Assembly: GCA_965644295.1 (NCBI GenBank)
Contig: CBFFRP010000539.1
Span: 1 to 32,102, forward strand
Length of the DNA: 32,102 bases
Direction of reading: 5' to 3'
Source of the DNA: Paraphysomonas bandaiensis
Lineage: Eukaryota; Protista; Chrysophyceae
The notes under the pieces are model-generated. The model saw nothing but the letters and a program-made list of their open reading frames with translations, was not told the DNA's origin and searched no databases. Of this stretch, positions 29,243 through 32,102 are shown piece after piece. Numbering within the stretch: the first letter of the stretch is position 1; every line of letters begins with the position of its first letter. The translations under genes and the position numbers were made by a program.

Positions 29243-30562
29243 TCCACATCTAAACAGAAATATATATATATATACACCGTTATGGTATACACTATCCGCT
29301 ATATGATGGAGCTCGTAGTGTCACATGGGATCTATCTTCTATCTTCATAACCTGGACTTCAAAACAAGTTCAAGAATATTACAGGAGAGTTTAAGTGCCA
29401 TATCTGATGCTGTATAGGAAGTTAAGGGCAGTAGCACCCAGCTTTTTCAACCCAGCTCTTTCAAGGTGTCCGTCACCACGTCGTGCGTATCAGGATTGTG
29501 CGCCTCACCTTACTATCATTCAAATCAGGTGCACTCGCAGAGGTTGAGCGTGTTTATATAAATGTGATGATGATGCTAATCAAGGCAATAAAAAGCATCG
29601 TGCTTGAAACATTTTATACGTAATTCGAAAACGAGTTCTGAATTGCTTGCCTGTTGCAGTGTGACATGGAATATAATACAACACCAATAGTCATACCTTC
29701 ACAAGTTGTGGGATCCCTTATCCTTGTATTCCTCAGCAGGAGTCCCCATGGTGTGTTATCGTAGCCAATCCGTTCGTAGACATTTCTTCTTGCAAAGATA
29801 CGATCCTAACTGGACGCTGGAGATTGCTTCATGAGCTGTTTGATCAAGGATGTCCTGCACAGACAACTTTCGGGACAATGCACCCACACATGAAATATCA
29901 TGCTATCAACTTTACACAGTCACTTGTGACTTATGTCAGTCTTAATGCTTTGCTTCGCAGTATATTCAGTGAGATCCAGGGAGCAGAGAATGAGCAGAAT
30001 TCAAAATTCTAAAAAAAATCGCTGTTTTGTCTTTTGTCTTTCTGTGTGCACTATAACTTCAGCTCCATTTGCACCCGACAAAAACAATTTTGATGAAAAA
30101 AAATGTCTTTTGTCGTTTTGTCTTTTGTCTCGTACTACGTCGTGGCCTCACATGGGAGATGATTGAAATTTTAGGCCAATTTTAGTGTATGTGTATTTCT
30201 ATATATCTATGTATACATGGACCTGTATACACTGTATAGCTGTTGGAATCATATGTGGTTAGGAATACATATACATATACATATACATACATATACATAT
30301 GAAAATTTTAGCGATAGAAAGTGATGGTTGTTCTGTCCATTGACATACACTGTATTCCTAATCTCTATTGTAGGACTACAAGAATAGAATATTTTGTCCT
30401 TCCATTAAACTGTAGTACTACTATACGGTATACAGTGTATATGTTCTGTACATTCCTCTTGTATATAAAACTACAGCACTGTCCATACATATCAAGCTTA
30501 ACTGTCAACTACCACTAGTAGACTAACTGCTAACCTCAGGCCAGATATCTATATATTCTGCT
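29243..30562. promoter_or_regulatory. Same intergenic core in inverted orientation B, interrupted by an insertion
   Basis: gtccgcagg|tccacatctaaacagaaa.. is the reverse complement of 10926 leftward, and ..atatattctgct|cctccaggagatat is the reverse complement of 10410 rightward. The flanks remain in direct orientation. Confidence 0.88.
29331..30147 (-). mobile_element. 817-bp insertion with 10-bp TSD and no TIR; possibly a non-LTR/SINE-like retroposon or a one-ended MULE-like element
   Basis: tcacatggga at 29321-29330 and 30148-30157, single in copy 1 (tcccatgtga, 10841-10850). On the minus strand it starts GGCCACGACGTAG and ends in a (GAAGATA)2GA tail. Clustered ttttgtc repeats at 30025-30129. 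Confidence 0.8.
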
Positions 30563-30705
30563 CCTCCAGGAGATATATGGGTAACGAAGTAAATAAATTC
30601 ATAATGAATAAGCAAATAATCAATGGATGATAAGAGTTACATTCACAAGGCTTTTATCGTCATTTCTTTCTGCTGCTCGAACACACCCAGCTATATAGAT
30701 TGAAA

Positions 30706-32102
30706 ATGCTGGTGCCGATCTTTGTATTATTTGCATGCTTTCATATTGCCTTATCAATATGCCCAACCAATTTTGACTTACATTACGGAGATTATTGCTT
30801 TTCACCAATCCCTCGTAGTGGAGATTATGATAGCGCTTTTGCAGGATGCCGTCAGCAAGACGGGGTTATGGTTTCAATTCATAGTTCAGATGACAACATG
30901 GCTGTCGTTTCCGCGGCTAAGATATTAGGAATTCATTTTCCGGTATATATAGGATATTCTTTTGATGGGAAGGGTTGGGCTTGGAGTGATGGCTCACCTC
31001 TTAGCCATTATAGTAATTGGACTTCGGGGGGTTTGCAAGACCTAACATCTCGCTGCACCGGACTCCGGCAGGACGGTAGCTGGATCGCTGTAAATTGTAG
31101 AAACCATCTCGATTTTATGTGTACATCAAGAGAACTTGATGATCAAAATAAATATGTAATTTCAAAAACTAGAGGTATAAGGGTAAACTTGCAAGATATG
31201 TCTCCAACCAGCCTACCCACCGGACAACCTACAGGTCAACCAACTTGTGTTCCAACGGGTGAACCATCTGGTCAGCCTACAGGACAACCTACAGGTCAAC
31301 CTACAGGTCAACCTACGTCTGTTCCATCAGGTCAACCAAGTTGTGTTCCAACGGGTGAACCATCTGGTCAGCCGACTGGCGAGCCTTCCGGTCAACCCAC
31401 ATGTGTTCCTACTGGTCAGCCCAGCGGGCATCCTACCGGACAGCCGTCTGGTCAACCAACTTGTGTTCCAACGGGTGAACCATCTGGTCAGCCTACAGGA
31501 CAACCTACAGGTCAACCTACTTCTATTCCATCAGGTCAACCAAGTTGTGTTCCAACGGGTGAACCATCTGGTCAGCCGACTGGCGAGCCTTCCGGTCAAC
31601 CCACATGTGTTCCTACTGGTCAGCCCAGCGGGCATCCTACCGGACAGCCGTCTGGTCAACCAACTTGTGTTCCAACGGGTGAACCATCTGTTCAGCCTAC
31701 AGGACAACCTACAGGTCAACCTACTTCTGTTCCATCAGGTCAACCAACTTGTGTTCCAACGGGTGAACCATCTGGTCAGCCGACTGGCGAGCCTTCTGGT
31801 CAACCCACATGTGTTCCTACTGGTCAGCCCAGCGGGCATCCTACCGGACAGCCGTCTGGTCAACCAACTTGTGTTCCAACGGGTGAACCATCTGGTCAGC
31901 CGACTGGCGAGCCTTCCGGTCAACCCACATGTGTTCCTACTGGTCAGCCCAGCGGGCATCCTACCGGACAGCCGTCTGGTCAACCAACTTGTGTTCCAAC
32001 GGGTGAACCATCTGGTCAGCCTACAGGACAACCTACAGGTCAACCTACTTCTGTTCCATCAGGTCAACCAACTTGTGTTCCAACGGGTGAACCATCTGGT
32101 CA
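30706..32102 (+). CDS. Second copy of the giant C-type lectin/repeat protein (partial; 3' end beyond the window)
   Basis: ATG at 30706, open to the window end. The signal peptide and CTLD differ from copy 1 by one substitution that I could see (GCC>TCC, A>S). The repeat array starts at about 31204. Confidence 0.88.
   Translation, partial: MLVPIFVLFACFHIALSICPTNFDLHYGDYCFSPIPRSGDYDSAFAGCRQQDGVMVSIHSSDDNMAVVSAAKILGIHFPVYIGYSFDGKGWAWSDGSPLSHYSNWTSGGLQDLTSRCTGLRQDGSWIAVNCRNHLDFMCTSRELDDQNKYVISKTRGIRVNLQDMSPTSLPTGQPTGQPTCVPTGEPSGQPTGQPTGQPTGQPTSVPSGQPSCVPTGEPSGQPTGEPSGQPTCVPTGQPSGHPTGQPSGQPTCVPTGEPSGQPTGQPTGQPTSIPSGQPSCVPTGEPSGQPTGEPSGQPTCVPTGQPSGHPTGQPSGQPTCVPTGEPSVQPTGQPTGQPTSVPSGQPTCVPTGEPSGQPTGEPSGQPTCVPTGQPSGHPTGQPSGQPTCVPTGEPSGQPTGEPSGQPTCVPTGQPSGHPTGQPSGQPTCVPTGEPSGQPTGQPTGQPTSVPSGQPTCVPTGEPSG

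Larger units (their letters stand above)
25881..32102. repeat. Tandem segmental duplication, copy 2 (runs off the window)
   Basis: Colinear with 7592 onward apart from insertions, one inversion and the order of repeat units. Confidence 0.9.

Noticed and set aside
29824-30166. Short ORFs inside the 817-bp insertion as a transposase or RT
   Set aside because: No DDE, RT or endonuclease motifs are recognisable, and the frames are short and interrupted.

Overview
Eukaryotic nuclear DNA with short GT-AG introns; the P-[S/T]-x-x repeat surface protein style suggests a stramenopile/ochrophyte-like protist (inference). Left to right: (1) a short structured direct repeat and a frameshifted Ty1/Copia gag relic; (2) a 4-exon MBOAT lysophospholipid acyltransferase; (3) an intronless gene that appears to fuse an F-box-like motif to a DMS3/SMCHD1-type SMC hinge, head-to-head with a small membrane protein gene; (4) a tandemly duplicated unit of about 18.3 kb. 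The unit holds a 5-exon orphan gene head-to-head with a single-exon, 4792-aa type-I membrane protein (signal peptide, C-type lectin, long P-[S/T]-x-x stalk, four 128-aa Cys-rich modules, TM helix, about 750-aa tail ending YEAL). In copy 2 the orphan gene is a pseudogene (stops, lost splice acceptor, solo LTR, 172-bp tandem duplication). The shared intergenic/promoter segment of about 0.5 kb is inverted in copy 2 and carries an 817-bp insertion with a 10-bp TSD, while the lectin gene start is almost identical but has a different repeat order. Strongest candidates for new biology: the F-box/SMC-hinge fusion, the flipped bidirectional promoter upstream of a giant adhesin-like gene, and a 27-nt hypervariable patch inside otherwise near-identical modules. 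All family calls come from motif recognition by eye; no searches were run.
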